Shown: positions 62,951-64,000 of the stretch, one piece after another
Layout: each line of letters begins with the position of its first letter
Numbering within the stretch: position 1 is the stretch's first letter
Assembly: GCF_030028105.1 (NCBI RefSeq)
Contig: NC_092374.1
Span: 19,722,630-19,786,629 of the forward strand
Direction: 5' to 3'
Length of the DNA stretch: 64,000 bases
DNA from: Mobula birostris
Lineage: Eukaryota
Notes under the pieces: model-generated
The model's database searches: none
What the model was told of the DNA's origin: nothing
What the model saw: the letters and a program-made list of their open reading frames with translations, nothing else
Translations under genes and position numbers: made by a program

Positions 62951-64000
62951 TCAACATCCAGGATTCTTGCCTTTGACTGAATCAATTTCCTTCAGTGAAC
63001 CCCCCACAGATCAGTTTGATCAATCTGTACGGTGGGACCTGCTCTAATATCAGAGGCAGAGCTGAATCCAGATTAACCTGATTGGCCAGATACCAGCAAA
63101 CCAAAAGGAGAGCACTGAATGGAAAACGCAAGAGCCGTTTCTTTGCCATTTCATAAGTACATAATTTAATGAAGGCGGTGTCACTGGTAGATAGGGTGGT
63201 GAAGGAGGTTCAAGGTTCAAAGTAAATTTATTATGAAAGTACATATATGTTTATTTATTGGATAGAGTGTCGTACTAGCTTTTTGAGCCATGCTGCCCAG
63301 CAACTCTATTGATTTAACCCTGTGCTAATCATGGGACAATTTACAATGACCAATTAACCTACTAACCAGTACGTCTATGGACTGCGGGCAGAAACCGAAG
63401 AACCCAGGGAAAACCCACACGCACACGGGAAGGAACATACAAACTTGCTTACAGAGGTCGCCAGAATTGAACTCTGAACTCCGACCACTAGGCTACCCTG
63501 AGATTCATTTTCCTGCAGCATTCACAGTAGGACAAGGAAATACAATAGAATCAATGAAAAACCACAGACAAACACAGACTGACAAACAAGCAATGTGCAA
63601 AAGAAGACAGAAAATACAGAAAACGCAAATAAAAATAACAACGAATAAGGAAGTAAATAAATAATACTGAGAACACTGAAGTGATTTGCATGTAGGCATC
63701 ATTATTCACTGAGTTTAAGAGTTGGAACAGTATGTTGCAATTTTACAAGACAAGTTGGTCCATTGTGCACAGTTTAGGTCATTTTGTTATAGAAAGGCAT
63801 CATTAAACTGAAAAGAATGCAGAGAATATTTACAATGATCTTAACAGGACTCGTGGACATGAGCTGTAGTCAGAGATTGGAGAGGCTTGGACTTCAGCTT
63901 TTGAACTGTCACACAATCTTGAAGATCTCTCCAGTCAGGTTCCTTTCTTTACAGCCCTTCGCTTTTCCTACCCACCTCTCTTCACCTATGATAGCCCTAC

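Noticed and set aside
1-64000. Prokaryotic systems (CRISPR arrays, operons, rRNA)
   Set aside because: The sequence is vertebrate repeat-rich DNA with no regularly spaced repeat-spacer array or dense gene packing.

Overview
Eukaryotic, repeat-dominated genomic DNA, intronic or intergenic. The repeat mix (CR1 and Rex/Babar LINEs, Penelope-like elements (PLEs), V-type and CORE SINEs, Tc1 derivatives) suggests a cartilaginous fish, probably a ray; this is inference only. No intact host gene is recognisable, and almost all ORFs in the track are transposon remnants or noise. The window opens with the 3' part of a Gypsy LTR retrotransposon (RNase H, integrase, partial 3' LTR). Best finding: a 178-bp piece of the ZFTRAF1/CYHR1 5' coding region at 60558-60735 is in circularly permuted order. 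The (C)CTVxLDLxKAS codons lie upstream of the KKR...KLEERLYSVL codons they normally follow, and the two ends rejoin seamlessly inside one codon. It sits without a TSD in an RTE-type repeat, as expected for a re-integrated small DNA circle. Also notable: minimal hammerhead ribozyme motifs in PLE termini, a composite MITE family with hairpin ends that carries a LINE tail, a 41-bp duplication around a PLE, and two isolated hairpins. Repeat boundaries are approximate unless a TSD is quoted.
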